DNA of 64,000 nt from Cystobasidiomycetes sp. EMM_F5 (lineage: Eukaryota): positions 496,001-560,000 of the forward strand of contig JBPGPT010000007.1 of NCBI GenBank assembly GCA_051047955.1, written 5' to 3'. Below, in pieces: positions 26,216 through 39,907 of this stretch (position 1 is its first letter; each line of letters begins with the position of its first letter). A program made the position numbers and the translations under genes. Below the pieces are notes generated by a model. The model did not search any database, had not been told where the DNA came from, and was given only the letters and a program-made list of their open reading frames with translations.

Positions 26216-28383
26216 ATGGCTACTGTCGTCGTCGGTGAGGCAGTGTTGAATTATGAGAGCGAGCTCAGCCAGGATTGACATCGTAAACAACAATAAACAG
26301 CCGGGTTTGAGCTGTCGCAGCAGATTGGCGAGGGCGCATTCAGCAAGTGAGCTGGAAAGCAACCAGGCTGTTCATCATTACAACGACCGCTGATGATTTA
26401 CACCAGAGTATACCTCGGAATACGCAAAGACCGAAAGTCGCACGCTCTCCGGATGCAGGCGGCCATCAAGGTCATTGCAGTTCCGACAGACACGAATGCC
26501 GCCGATTACAAGAAGAAGGTCATCAAGGAAGTGAGACTACACAAGGCAGCATCGCATATAAACATCCTAAAGCTCCTCGACTGGGCAGAGCAGAAGGACG
26601 GGAGCATATTCATCGTCCTCGAGTACGCTCAGGGTGGGGATCTCTTTGACAAGATATCTCCAGACGTAGGCATATCAGAGGAACTCGCACACCTCTACTT
26701 TACACAACTTCTCGCTGCTCTCAACTTTTGTCACGCCAGCGGAATCGTTCATCGAGATGTAAAGCCCGAAAACATGCTCCTCGACCACGAGGGTAATCTA
26801 AAACTGGCAGACTTTGGTCTTGCAGATCTCTTCAAGTACCAGGGCAAGGAGAAGAGATGTACGGAAGCTTGTGGTTCAGCACCCTATGCTGCTCCAGAGT
26901 TGGCTCTGGGCGTGCCCTACCGCGCGCAACCTATCGACATATGGAGTGCGGGCGTAGTCCTCTTTACGTTGCTTGTTGGCAACACTCCCTGGGATCAGCC
27001 TACCTCCGCAAGCGAAGAGTATTCAATGTATCTGTCTGGCGAAATATTTCAACACGACCCCTGGTCACGCTTACCGGAAGAACTGCTATGTTTGTTTATT
27101 TCGCTCTGAACAATGTCAACGGTACAAGCTAACAACACTTCAAAACGACCAGCCCTACTAACATCAGTACTCCATCCTGAGCCAAAGCAGAGGGCAAAGC
27201 TCACTGATATTGCGGTTCTTCCATGGTTCCAAATGTAGGCATGTCTCAATTATCTGTCAAAGCTGCCAGCTGATATTCAAGCGCAGTGCCAACCCTTACC
27301 TCAAGAACGGTCTGGTGACAAATTCTACTGGTCTATGGGATGCACTGTACTCTGCAATGAACGCACAAGGAGAATTTGCCGTAAAATCGGTTTGGTCTGA
27401 TGATTCATCCGACAAGTCTGCCATCTCAGCCGGATCGCAGGATGTGCCATTGTCTCAACGCTTTCAGGGCTCGCAAGGCATGTACTCGCAGCAGTCGCGA
27501 CATCGCCAGAGTCAGCACAGTCAGCGATACGACTATTCAGGCAGCGCGCCATCAAATAGCATGCCCCGTTCGCAGGGTCGCGTACGCCAGGTCTTTGCGG
27601 ATATTACGAATCGCGGGCAAGATGCAGATTATGACGCGATGCGAAAAGAGCGAAATAAAGACAGGAGAGATCAGAATGTCGATGCTGCGACAAAGGCAAA
27701 CACGCTACACCAGACGGTCATTGAAGCGAGCATGCGGGCAGCCACTGCTGGCGGACATATGGGAACTGCTTCGCAGTATGTGGGTTGATGGCTGGACTTC
27801 ACGGCGTCACCGGCTTAAGCTGATATAATGGCCACTTTTTCAGTCACAATGTTTGTCAATGGCTCCGTCACAGCTTGCGAACCCTAATAATGCTCGCTTT
27901 TGGTCCGACAAGACACTCGAGGAGATTGCCTCTGCTATATACGATGCGCTTCAGCATCTCGGTATAAAATGTGAAGCTTTCCAGACGTCGGATGGCGCGG
28001 AGATTGCTTGGGCTACGCGCGACAGGCGAGGAGAAGCAATGACGGGTAGTTTCAAGATCAAGTACGAGCCGACGAGCGAAGACTATGAGCACACGTCTCC
28101 CGACTCTACTCTGGCAGAGATGGTTAGGGACGCCCACGAGGCCCGTGCAGCAGCTGAAGCGGAAGAGAAGGCTAGGCGTTCAGCTGCTGCGCAGGACGAC
28201 GACACGATCCAGTTTGTATCGGTGCAGAACGCCACTGGAGCAGGACCTGCTAGACCGCGTGTTGGCAGAGGCAACGGTGGATACTCCGTCTCGCTTCAAG
28301 GTCAAGGTGATCCGCTCGAGCGGAAGAGGGTCATGTTTGAGGTGGAGAAGCTACTTCCTCAAGGCATCGTCAGAGCAAGATGA
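26216..28383 (+). CDS. CHK1: Checkpoint kinase Chk1
   Basis: EYAQGGDLFDKISPDVG..AHLYFTQL, HRDVKPEN, DFG, CGSAPYAAPE, GNTPWDQP; C-terminal DRRGE..G/GDPLE KA1-like motifs. Confidence 0.85.
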
Positions 28384-28945
28384 AACCCGAATAAACGCCT
28401 TTCTCATCATTCCCACGGCGGTGTCGTCGTGTATAACAATCATTCATTGATAATGAAGGGTGAGACTGATGTTGTCAATAGCCCGCGTGAGTTAGTAGGT
28501 GCAATACAAACCATGCAAGCATTGCTGTCAAGAATTGTCGCTTGAGGTCGTCAGGATACAAGTGCCCAAAATCTCGCAGCTATTTCCCGCTGATTTCACA
28601 TCCGGCTCTATACCGCTCAAAATTACACACGCTCGTCACTCTCTGGTCCCGCTGTGTTCTGAAGGTACGTAAAGGTCGAGTTGGGAATTGCATGCGATAT
28701 TCGCAACATAGTAAGTTGTCAGTTGCGTAGAATGGGTGAACGTCATACGTGTCCGCATGCATCGTGGGATCCCTGTGAAGATTGCTCTGTCCGCAAGAGT
28801 ATAAAGACGCTACTCGTTGCTCACGTTGGCTTTCTGCCTCTTCCTCACAATCCAACACCACTTCTACGCTTCATTCGCGTCTCCACATATCTCTCTTCGG
28901 ATCACCAAAGAAGTCTCGAACAACATTTCCGCTCCCTGCACCAGT

Positions 28946-29482
28946 ATGACCTCTCGATCTCCAGCGGATTCTACAATTAGAGGGAGGACCTCCAGAACAC
29001 GCCCCGTGGACTCCAATTTCACCCGTCACGGTTCCGGTGATCTTTACGATGCCAAGCGGACCAAGTCCCCACGCAGAACAGTGTCTCCGACAAGAGTCCT
29101 CACACCACCAACTCCCTCTGTGGGGCAGCGGGTTCGGAAATTTCGGTATTACAGCTATGTCCAGCATCAGCATTACGAGACAGGATGGCCTCGGATGGAC
29201 TATTATCCACTCAAGCTCATCGTGCCAAAATGGATGCCTTTGACGTTGATCAGGATGCTTAACTTTCGACATTGGCAATGCCGCAATGTAGCTGACGCTG
29301 CAATTCAACAGACCGGACTCACGCCCAGCAAAGATGTCGTTGTGCGAGCGACTTATCTGGAATCAGAACAACCCCAGTCTTGTACGGGCACGGAACCGGC
29401 CCGCACCGTCATCTACGAAAACGTTTTGCGCAGCAGTATGCCGAAGAAGTATGATTTCGCCGACCATGAATACGGAACGTAA
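28946..29482 (+). CDS. Orphan gene family member 1 (intronless)
   Basis: KFRYYSY..LKLIVP..RNV..VVVRATY..RTVIYENVLRSSMPKKYDFA shared with paralogs; TATAAAG at ~28800. Confidence 0.7.
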   Translation: MTSRSPADSTIRGRTSRTRPVDSNFTRHGSGDLYDAKRTKSPRRTVSPTRVLTPPTPSVGQRVRKFRYYSYVQHQHYETGWPRMDYYPLKLIVPKWMPLTLIRMLNFRHWQCRNVADAAIQQTGLTPSKDVVVRATYLESEQPQSCTGTEPARTVIYENVLRSSMPKKYDFADHEYGT

Positions 29483-30424
29483 TGACCTATTCGCAACCAA
29501 GCCATTCGCTACATTGCGCTCTATGCACAGGAGCCGCAAAACCTCGTCCACCCAAATGTACCTCCAGCACCTGTACCATCAGCCCGATCTTATACACCGT
29601 TGTCATAGAGTTAGGATTTACGCCGCATTTGATTGTCAAAGATGTTCACTTGCTGCGGTGTGAGCGCGTTGCGACGGGTGTACACGCCCTGCTACGCACG
29701 TCGGCTGACTCTTACGCTTGCCCATGCGCTTCGTGGAGCTTGTCAAACGGCGACTTGCATTGATGGGTATTTCAGAATATCTACTCCTGATAACTAATCC
29801 TATCCTGCGGACTGTATAAACGACTCAATATTGGGGCCAAGGATGCTACAAAAGGGGTGAGGAGGCAATAGGATCTCAATGCGATTCGCAGGTTATCAGT
29901 AGGCACATTGTGAAGGAGGCTGTGTTCAAGAACAATGCAGCTGCTTGCATGCGTTACTGCTCGAGCGCTGTGAGCGGCCAGATCACACGAAGCATAAGTT
30001 TGTCAGTATCAACACTTAGGCAGCAATGTCGCTCTCGCCATCTCAGTCCATCGGATTGTGGAGAATGTTGGCTGTCTCAGCTTCTCATCCGGCCTTGTAC
30101 CGCTCAATCGCTCAATGGCAAACGCTTGCCACTCGGCGTTCTCACTGTTTGGAGGTATGTAAAACCCGAGCTGTGGATGGTATGCGAAATATGGAGAATG
30201 CCAAGTTGTCAGATCGTGAGACGAAACGATGTCGTGCTTGTACGCATGCACAGTGGGAAGCATGTGAAGAATGATCTGTTTGCCAGAGCGTCTGCGTTGC
30301 TCTCGTTAACTTTCTCCCTCGAATTCGTAAACCGATACCACATCCACGCTTCACTCAACTGCGCATATCTCCGTGTCTTACCTTACAGCCGTCAACCCGC
30401 GATTGCGTAGACCTACACTTCAGT

Positions 30425-30988
30425 ATGCAGTCGAGCGCTCATTCGTCGCGGACACAGGTAGTATCGATTGAAGAAGGCCCAACCATGTACGGTGCGACGT
30501 TGTCCGCTCGTCCTAGCCAAGCAGCCTCTGTAACGAGAATAGTGCGTCCAATCGATCAAATGGGTAACAGTGGTCGTCCAAAGTATCGATACTACGAGTA
30601 CTCGCAGTACGAGCCTACAGCCGGAACGGTCCCAGTTTATGAGTTGCAGCTCATTCCACCTCTGCACCGAATGGTCGCTCCTTTGAATCCCCGCATCAGT
30701 GAGCATCGCAATGTCGTCGTCGATGACATCCAAGAGAACAATTTGGCGCCGCATGCACACGTAGTCGTGCAGGCAACATACTGGAGACCTCAGCATCGCC
30801 TGGCCCGGATGCTGTCAGGTTCCGGACAATTGAATGCGAAACGCACAGTCAGCTACCAGAATGTACCAAGGAGCAGCATCCCGACCAAATATGACTTCGC
30901 TAGTCATGGAGACGATGATGATGACCTGCTTCCTCAGGAAGCGATCCGTCAGCTCGCACGCAGACACATAGCCAAAATTCGACGCTGA
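30425..30988 (+). CDS. Orphan gene family member 2 (intronless)
   Basis: RPKYRYYEY..LQLIPP..RNVVVDDIQ..VVVQATYWRPQHR..RTVSYQNVPRSSIPTKYDFA. Confidence 0.75.
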   Translation: MQSSAHSSRTQVVSIEEGPTMYGATLSARPSQAASVTRIVRPIDQMGNSGRPKYRYYEYSQYEPTAGTVPVYELQLIPPLHRMVAPLNPRISEHRNVVVDDIQENNLAPHAHVVVQATYWRPQHRLARMLSGSGQLNAKRTVSYQNVPRSSIPTKYDFASHGDDDDDLLPQEAIRQLARRHIAKIRR

Positions 30989-31623
30989 GCCTATTCCGAG
31001 GAACCGTACTGCCCGAAAAGACCGCATGCATCGTTCGCGTGTAATATCAGCTTTGAACCAGGGTATAATTAGACTAAATCAGACCAGTTGACAGTAAAGA
31101 CAGTCTCCAACGACACGTCTATTGAGATTTTGACCATCACCTTGTCCCAGCTGTGGAAGGGCGGTGTGTCTCTGCGCTTTTTGTGCAATGAGGCATCACA
31201 CAATATTCCAGGCCTTTATGTGTCCTGCTGGACCGACACTGCTGCAGAGCTTGCACAATCTCAAGTGTACAATGGGAATGATGCATGTCATATCAAAAGT
31301 TGTTTGAGGCCAGTGGTCCGCTCGACAGGAATAGACTATGTCGGGAATGGAGGAGCTGTGTTCACGAATCGTCAGTCAAACGGAGTGAACGGCTGAAGGA
31401 GTATGACAGATGAGTGTGTCAGAAAGAAATGATTGCGTAGCAAATGTCGCTTTTGCGTTCGAAGTCTGCAGACTAATGATGCCGACTCAGTGTTCCACGA
31501 CCACTCCTGTATTTGCCAACTAAGTACTGAAACAATGCCAGCATAGACACCTCGTGCATCGCATTGGCACCGGCTGTTATCGTCCTCGCTGCTGAAGACT
31601 GCTCTCACACGACATAGTGTAGC

Positions 31624-32448
31624 ATGCCGGTCCGCAGCGACATCGATAGAGAAACCAGCCAGATGTGAGGGGACGTCAAGGGCTGGCAGGCTGCAACATA
31701 GCTAACGTCGTCGTCTTGCATAACGCAGGGATCGAATAACGTAGGTTTCACGAGCAGAGTCATCCAATTGTCGACAACAACCTGAGATGCGGTCGTGATG
31801 AAAACAGACAACTTCAAGATGCGACAGATCAGGCAAGGGACCGAAAGAAACGTCTGACCTCCCACGCTGATTGAGCACTGCACATGCAGCTTATCGAAAT
31901 GATGTTTGCAAGCATCGACTATCTCACCCGAAAGGCTACATTCAAGCAGGTCTCACCGAATATACCCATAACGCAAGATATTCCCGATAGCGAAGAGCCT
32001 GCGGTGTTTGAAGGTCGGCTCCGGCTGCCTATTACGTCCATAACAACTGTACTGATTATCCCTCCACAGCCAACAAGACGAGAATGGTCCAGGAACTGCT
32101 ACACAAGGCTAAGCAGGTCGAATATCTCATCAATGCCCTTCCATCAAGTGCAGCGTTAGAGGGCGATAATGTGAAGGACTCTGCTGCTGCGCAAGGTAGT
32201 CTGGGGGACGATGTCGATACGGATCCTGAGTTCATTGCCCTTGAAGCGGAGATGAAGGAAGTCAACGCGGAATACTTGGAGGTCTTGGCTCAAGCAGGTA
32301 TGTCGTTCGCACTAGTATGGAGCATCACACATCCTTGGCTGATTACCTGATACAACGATCAGAAGAAGTGCAAGGCCAGCTCAAGCAGACGATACGGACA
32401 ATGCTCGACGAACATTCGGAGTTGAATAGCGGATTGCTGGCTATTTAA
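31624..32448 (+). CDS. MED21: Mediator subunit Med21/Srb7
   Basis: Spliced MDRITQLQDATDQLIEMMFASIDYL..LLHKAKQVEYLINALPS; includes micro-exons and a GC-AG intron. Confidence 0.85.
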
Positions 32449-32691
32449 CGCATGAGTCTGATAGGAGTGCAGTATACGTATGTCAAATGTCGTTGTCCTT
32501 GTATGCGCAAAATGTGGAGACTTCGCCCTCGTGTATCGCGTCGCGTCCTCACCGCGCGATCGATATTCTTGTCGGCGAGGATGAAAAGCGTCTTGCTGCT
32601 TTGCTACTTGCAACGTTACTCTGCTTTGCATCACCATCGCTTGGAGAGCACAGCGTCACTTGATTGGGTCACATTCTGCGCAAGTTGAATC

Positions 32692-33859
32692 ATGTCGGAG
32701 TACGAAGCCGCTCGCGTGAGCTTCGAAACCTGTGCAACGATGAGCAGCGATACTGAAAAATCTAACATCACAGGCTGCAACCATAGCTGCCAACAAGGCC
32801 CTCCTAGCCAGTCTAGGCATACAACGCGAAGAAAAGGTCGCCGCACCCAGGGTTGCTCGAGTGCCCCTGCAGCTAAATCTGCCAAAGAGGGAGAGAATAC
32901 CCAGAGCAGCCAAAGGGTCCCGCCAGGATCAAAGATCAAAGAATAGTGAGCCATAATGCGTGGATATCGTTTGGACAGCCTCGGCGTATGTAGCAAAACT
33001 GACCTTTGCGGACTCGCGGTGGCAATCACTTTCAGGAATAGGGCGGTCGCACAAACGAAGTAGACTGGCAACGAATGGCAGCGAGGAGGAAGATGTGTTG
33101 ACCGGTGGGGAGGATACAGATGACTACGACAGCGAAGGCTTCTATAGGTCATCTCGCCGGGAGTCTGAGAATGAATCGCTTGGATACGATCCATCCAACA
33201 TTCACGACGCGACTGCACCGTATGAAGTCCGGCGCGTCATAATGCATAAATCGACAGGAGAGAGGATCATTGTGCACACGCGTCAGACAAACAGAGAGAT
33301 GATGCGTCCTAGAATCGTACGCTCCGTTAGCTCGGACAGTACTTCTGCAAGTGGAAGCGCATCTACATCGGAACTGCCAAACTCTAGGAAGAGGCTCACA
33401 CCAGAGACGTCATCCGACGACATTAGTAAAGAGCAGCTGGACAAGTATTCGTACTACGTCGACATCTCGGAAGAAGAAGTTGTTCCGCAAGCGAAACAGA
33501 GGAAATGGGTAGCCACGACCGAAATTGAAAGACAACCCCTTCATCCTGCCAAAATCAAGGCCAACCAGACAAGGACTTTAGTGGTCAAGCAGCAAACTCC
33601 TACAAAGCGAATCGCAACCGCGATCCCAGCCAAAAGTCCGATGGCGCAGCAAGCCATTACATCGGTCTCTTCGGATTCTGAGCAGGACGAGGTGAAGATG
33701 GTACCATCGCCATCGCGATCAGTGAAGCGCTTCAGACCCAGTCGGCCTAGTCAGAGGCGAGCGGGATCATCAGTGTATGGAGGTTCGCGAGGCGGACGAA
33801 TCGAAGATGATGAGGATTCAGATGACGCAGTCGTAGTGACCGCCTCATCAAGGCGATAA
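32692..33859 (+). CDS. Hypothetical low-complexity Ser/Arg/acidic protein
   Basis: Adjacent ORFs 32692-32946 and 32960-33859 with a GTGAGC donor between; no recognisable domain. Confidence 0.45.
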
Positions 33860-34166
33860 TCGAAGGCTAGTGGGATGGGGTTTGTGCTAATTTAGGAAGA
33901 GGCTTAGGGACGATGTCAGATTGCTCAACTTAAGGCCGGAGAGTTTCAGCGTGGATTTAGTTTCTGTGGAGAGTCACACTAGATGTACGGTTACATGTAG
34001 CGCAGACGGTACCAATGAGATCGCGTTATCGGGATGAGGCTCAGAGGTCAATGGATGCCAGTTATACGCACAGACCCTCTGCTGGCGTGAAGCTTAATGT
34101 CTGTATTGGATCTGTCTACAAGACTATTCTATGCATATGCTGGACACTGCTACTTATCCGCTTGGT

Positions 34167-35593
34167 CTAGAACTGAAAGAAACGCGACATTAGCCTGGAT
34201 CCTGCTCGATTAGCTTTCTTGGCCCACCTTGTAGATCTGACTTGGCTGGTAGCCTGCATCAGCGAGGTAGCCTTTCAGCGGGCCCTGGTCTTTTGGTGAT
34301 GCCTTTTCACCACAGACAACTTCGACCATTGGTGGTGGTCCGCACACGAAAATCTTGATTTTATCTCCGTGACCAGGAAGTGGCAAGTTTTGGTTGAGCG
34401 CATCTCGCCCAATGAAGCCCTTGTAGCCCTTCCACGACTTTCCGGGTCGCTCGATGACGTGCTGAATGTTGAATTGTTCAGGCTTGCGCTTGCTTAGATC
34501 AGTGAGCGCTTCTTTCAGGAGAATATCATCCTCAGTAACGTTTGCAAACAGGAGATTAACCTTGGTCTTGTCATTGGGGTCTCTGTCGATCGCTTGCAGG
34601 AGCTGGTACATTGGGGCTGAAGCAGGTAGTATGTTTAGTGAGGATTGCCGCGATAATTGTCAACATGTCGCTTCTAACTCACCGATACCTGTACCACCGG
34701 CAATCATGGCGACTTGCTCAAACTCGTTGGCTTTCCAGGCTGTGCAATTGACATAGGTTAGAGATGATCTGAATCAGAGTAATAACCAGCTGACGGTGCT
34801 TTGGAAGGGGACCTGTGGAAACAGTGCAAGTCAGAATACCGGATAGTGAGTTAGAGAGTTGGGAAACGCTCACCCTTGATTGCAATCTCATCACCGGGCT
34901 GCAGATCCTTGTGCAAATGGCTCGACATTGCTCCGTTGTCGTACTTTTTGATCAGGAATTCGATACGACCTTTGGTGTCTGGAGTAGATACTGGAGTGTA
35001 TGGTCTGATTGCTGGCTTTCCCTTTGCATCGAGGCCGAGACCCTCCTTGACTGGCTTGAGCAGGACAGCCGATGCGACTGTGAGACCGGAATCGAGCTCT
35101 GCCGGAATCTCAAAGATGAATCGGGATGTATTGTGGTTGTAGGGTTGAATCTCCTTTAGTTTGAAATTTACAAACTTGCTAGGGTCGAGAGCGCCAGCAG
35201 TCTTTGACGCGGTGCTGGCTGTAGTTGCCGTCAGAGCTGCGAGTGGGTTGCCGGCCTTGCCATCTGATCCGGGCACAGTCGCGCCCGTCCGTTGCAGGTA
35301 GTATGCTCCTCCGGCTGCAATGACGCCGACCCCGAGAAATATGCTGGCAATGTTGGCAGACTTGTTCTGCTTCTCGGCGGACGGTATCGGACCTGAGGCG
35401 TATCTTCGGGCCTGGGAGTGCGAGTTGGGTGAATGCAGCGTGGTTTATGAGAGAAGGCGGCGGTAAAGTAGTCGTCAACGCAACAATCCCGAGTCTGCAA
35501 AAGCACCAAACCACTCACTCCGCTGAAACCCTGCGACAGCGATGGAGCGCAGCGTGTCCCGGAAGCGGCGGACGAGAAGAGCAGTCTGTTCAT
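34167..35593 (-). CDS. MCR1: Mitochondrial NADH-cytochrome b5 reductase
   Basis: Presequence plus TM, RPYTP (FAD), GAMSSHLH, MIAGGTGI/PMYQL, LLFAN, FVCGPPPM. Confidence 0.9.
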
Positions 35594-35921
35594 GGTAGAG
35601 CGGTGTGAGATTATGTGTGGTTACCCTGTAAACAAAGTGTGCAAGACTGGTCAAGATGGGTCTCCATTCGCGATATCGATGACACATTGTGTGATCGAGG
35701 TCGGTCAAGATACTGTATCGTAAAATGCTCGAGCAGCTATGAGCTGGTACTGGTCTGCTCTTCAACATTACAACAGCGCAGTTATATTCCTAAAGCCTCG
35801 CTTACCTTTGTTTGAAAATCTTGCATTGCGCCACTGTACAGTCCAAGTTTTTCTTTGAAAGCAGCCCTTTTCTTGCAAACGACTGCAACATCTGGACGAT
35901 ATATACTCACCATCTGTGACC

Positions 35922-36999
35922 ATGCCAGTCTCACCAGCAGTCCTGGCAGCGCAAAAGACAAAGTCGTACGCCAGCGCTGCGACTTCTGGACGGGCAGCAC
36001 CGACAGCCAGTACTTCAAAGCTGCCAGCCAGGGTTGCAGTGCTGCAGCCTGTTGAGCATGATGCAGAGATGGATAACGATGTGGACGACGAGGATGATGC
36101 AAGTGCGGGAGAATGGCAGGGAATCAGTACTCAGCCCGAGGAAATAGATATCGATGGAAAGGCTTTAGCCGACGACAATGAAGACGACGACGCAGTCATG
36201 ATTGATCCTACTTCGCTACTCCCACCATCTACATCGTCCAACAAGGGCAAACAAGCGGATCAGGCTGCGACAGCAGAACAGGGTACCCTCAAATTTGCAC
36301 CTCTGTCGGCAAAGGAGATGCAAGGGAGGATAGAGACGCAATTGAGGAGAGTGGCAGTGAGTTAAAGCCAGTCTCATGTATGAGTCATCGTACGTGCTCA
36401 GATGTCCATCAGATTCCACCACACCGCATGACACCCCTCAAGCGAGACTGGCCAAAGATCTACTCTCCCCTAGTAGACGAGTGTGGTCTCATGGTGCGCA
36501 TGAATGTAGGCAAGAAGGCTATCGAAATCAAGACTTCAAAACATACTGCCGCACCCGCTGCCTCCGTCCTGCAGAGGGCAGTCGATTTCGTCACGGCCTA
36601 CGGATTGGGCTTTGCAGCCGAAGATGCGGTCGCGTTGTTGCGCATGGAGGAGCTCTATGTCGAGACATTCGAGGTGAGTATACCCTGTTGCCTGTCCGCA
36701 GTCCGATGCTGTTCTTACATCAAGTCACGCAGATCAAGGACGTAAAGAACTTGACAGGCGACCATCTCGGCCGTGCAATTGGCCGTATAGCAGGAAAGGA
36801 TGGCAAGACACGATTCACCATCGAGAATGCATCTAGGACCCGTATCGTCCTGGCAGACCAAAAGATTCATCTACTAGGTACCTTTTCGAGCTTGAAGATT
36901 GCAAGAGACGCTATCTGCGCACTCATTCTCGGTAGTCCGCCCGGAAAAGTCTATAATGGTCTGAGGACCGTCGCAGCGAGAAATCGTCAGCGCTTTTAG
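35922..36999 (+). CDS. PNO1: Pre-rRNA processing KH protein Pno1/Dim2
   Basis: [63 protein letters not shown]. Confidence 0.95.
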
Positions 37000-37295
37000 C
37001 AGTCTTGTACGAATTCTTGGGTAGATTTGTGAGTCTAGGATGTAGTGCATTATGTATGTCATGATTTGCACACTGTGCTGATCCTTTCTGTGGCTCCTAG
37101 GGTGCTTATGTTGTATCCGGCTACGTTACTTGTTAGGCAAAATCTTTTGGGTTTACGCTGGTGATAACCCGATCATCCTAAACCAATATGACTCCGATAC
37201 ACTGATTCGCGAGATAGTATGCTTACATACCAATATAACGTATTTGCTAATACTGCGAGCTGGGTTCCGACGGTCGTTCGGCTGTGAGGAGGACC

Positions 37296-37870
37296 CTACT
37301 TTTTAGCAGATGCGAAGGTATAGTAAACCGGCATTTCGTTTCTGGGCATGTAATCGTAAGTAACGGTACGCTCGCCTCCTCCGAAAAGCCCCAATACACG
37401 ATGACTGGGTCTCGAATACGTAGCACGAACGACATAATTTTCATCCCCCGTGAAGGAGCCATCCGTCGGGATGTTGTGTGCGCCTTGCACTTGCCGAAGA
37501 GAGACGCTTCGATCTGTAGTAAGTTCCATGTCAACACGGACTCTGCGTACCTGCGATCGAGTACGTGACGGCTTCGACGGCGGCAGAATCGGCCTCGAAA
37601 TCAGGCAGGTTTCCGCCTGCCTACCTACGGATGGGGCTGATGAAGTAGCTCCGATCGCGTCCAATATCGGTACTCTGGACGGCCATTGTTGGTCGATTGT
37701 TCCGTCTTTGTAGCGACTGGAGTAATCGATGCTGGGCTACCGCCTGCGCGTGGAAGGGCCGATGCATAAGGCTGGGATGTCGATGCTCGCCGTGTTGACT
37801 GAGACTCTCTACCCTTTCTACTGGTTTGCCAGCTAATTCGAAAGCGTTGGGATACTGATGTTGAAAGCTG
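37296..37870 (-). pseudogene. Orphan gene family member 3, frameshifted
   Basis: NGRPEYRYW motif (~37661-37687) is in a frame ending at TAG 37625-37627; RPILPP..VVRATYSRPSHR..RTVTYDYMPRNEMPVYYTFA is in another frame. Confidence 0.6.
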
Positions 37871-38428
37871 CCATTGTTAGAGGACTGACCTGCTGCTGTA
37901 GAACGCCTAGCTAATGGCCGTCAATAACTGGCAGTCTGGGAGTCCCTTCGAACGAGGGTAGGCGTATCTTGGTGTCTCTGGCTGGCGCCTACTCTCTCGA
38001 ACCAGTTACGGGCGCCATTGTCGAACGAGAACCTTTGTTGCGACATTGTTGACAGAGAAAGGACGTCCGTATCACAAGAAGGTCGAGGCCCAGACCAAAA
38101 ATGATACTTTATTTGTATGTGAGAAAGGAGCTGACACCGACCCAAGATGGGGTGTGAAAGATTCACGATTGTGCTTTCACAGCCATTACTGACAAGGCTG
38201 CGCTTGGTGCATGTTGTATATGCGGTGAAAATGCTGAGCAACAGTTCGTGTACAGCCGGACTTAGACCACTAGTGCTGACAATACCTACTGCTGACGATG
38301 TCTCATATCGCGAAATGAGTGGAGATTGGTCAATGCTGCAGAAGCTATACGGGGAGTGTCACGGCTGCTTTACATACAGAGGAAATATTCAAAGTCTTAA
38401 TAGTCCGGGCTGCGGTGATGATTGCCAT

Positions 38429-38980
38429 TCATCGTCTGGAAATCCCCAGTCGTTCTTCCATCTCACTTCTCGGCACTAAGTGGTAGCTGACTGTAAGCTC
38501 TCCGCCTCCTCGCCCAAAGATGTTGCGATGACGAGGTCTGGAATATGTTGCTTTCACAACGTTGTTGAGGTTGGGTTGTACCTGACCCGAGGTTCCGGGT
38601 TGAGGCTTTGGGTACCCATGTATGTCGGACAGCAAGACATTACGAGACTCGACCGAAGCTGACGTTGAGCCGTTGCTGGACGTCAGTCGCTGGAGGTTCA
38701 GAGCAGGCCCGTCGTTGGTGCTAACAACAGTGTCCAGCTCGATTTTGTAATACACGTATACTGGAGTGCCTGAATTGTCTTCTTGTTGACTCCGCCGGAC
38801 AACCCTCGTAGGGGAGGTGTTACGACCGGCTGATCCAGCCGTCACGGTTGCCGTGTATGCGTTCACGCTGCTAACGCCGGTGAATCCTGCCATACTAGCT
38901 GTCGCAGCTGCAGTGACTCTTTCGCCAGATTGTCTTCGATTCGGAGATCTTGATGAAGTCCTTCTCCTGGTAGCCTGCAT
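38429..38980 (-). CDS. Orphan gene family member 4 (intronless)
   Basis: TSPTRVVRR..PVYVYYKI..RNVLLSDIH..NVVKATYSRPRHR..GGGELTVSYHLVPRSEM. Confidence 0.72.
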   Translation of the reverse strand: MQATRRRTSSRSPNRRQSGERVTAAATASMAGFTGVSSVNAYTATVTAGSAGRNTSPTRVVRRSQQEDNSGTPVYVYYKIELDTVVSTNDGPALNLQRLTSSNGSTSASVESRNVLLSDIHGYPKPQPGTSGQVQPNLNNVVKATYSRPRHRNIFGRGGGELTVSYHLVPRSEMEERLGISRR

Positions 38981-39907
38981 GATTGTGTTAAGGCTTTAGA
39001 TGCACAAGCTAATGAGTTAAAGTGTCAAGATACCGATACAAGTAAAGAGCCAAGAGTAATCATTCGAAAGATCGTATGTGCGTATTCACTGCGTCTTTCC
39101 CGACGAAATCTCGCAGATGAGCACGTTGCGCTTGACAATATCGCACAAACAACAACTGCGCTGTTCCATACAGCACTTCTCCGATGCGGTGAAAGACCGA
39201 GGTCGTGAGAAGGAATAATCGTTCATCGAGTGGCGACGGGTTAGTGAGGAGATTGCACTGGTTGCTGGCTGCGCTTTAGTAGCAAGGACTACACGAAGCC
39301 CGCTCTGCTAAGTCAGTTCGATGTTGCTTTGCATGCCGGGTGTACGGCCAGAGAGCATACGAGGGGGAAGTTGTCAGAGCTTAAAAAGTAGTTTGGGTCA
39401 GAGATTGGCAAGAGTGTCCAACAGCGCACGTGAATAATCAGTCGCTTTTTGTCATAGCACATTTCAAATTGGGGCAGGTCCGCTAAGCGTTTGATACATC
39501 TGGGAGCAAGCGCCCCTAAATTTGCCCAATTGCATCACGCCTCTTGTTCCAGTGCTAGCCTTCGCAATTTTGGGTCGCATGCAGTGTTCGTCTAACGTCC
39601 TTCTGAGTCGACTCATCTGAAACGTGTTCTCCTGGTTACGTCAATCAAATTTGACGTTTTAGTGCATTCGTACAGTCCTGATTCTTTGGACATGTGCGCA
39701 ACGAGATTCAGCATGCACGTCTACTTCACAAATGCTTGTAAGTTAGATCAGGTAATGTTGCATTGTGTAATCCCGCTGTGGAAAGCGAATTGAGGCAATG
39801 CACATGATAGTTCAGAGAGGTGTAAAAGCGTACTAGTCGCAAGCTAGGTGAACGTGTCAGATCGAATCCGCCGCTACTCCACCGCTATAGCGCTCTGCCA
39901 TTATATA

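Noticed and set aside
30009..30263. 84-aa minus-strand ORF between family members 1 and 2
   Set aside because: Short, with no motif or paralog support
32960..33859. Seventh member of the orphan family (KYSYY)
   Set aside because: Lacks the VVxATY and TVSY motifs
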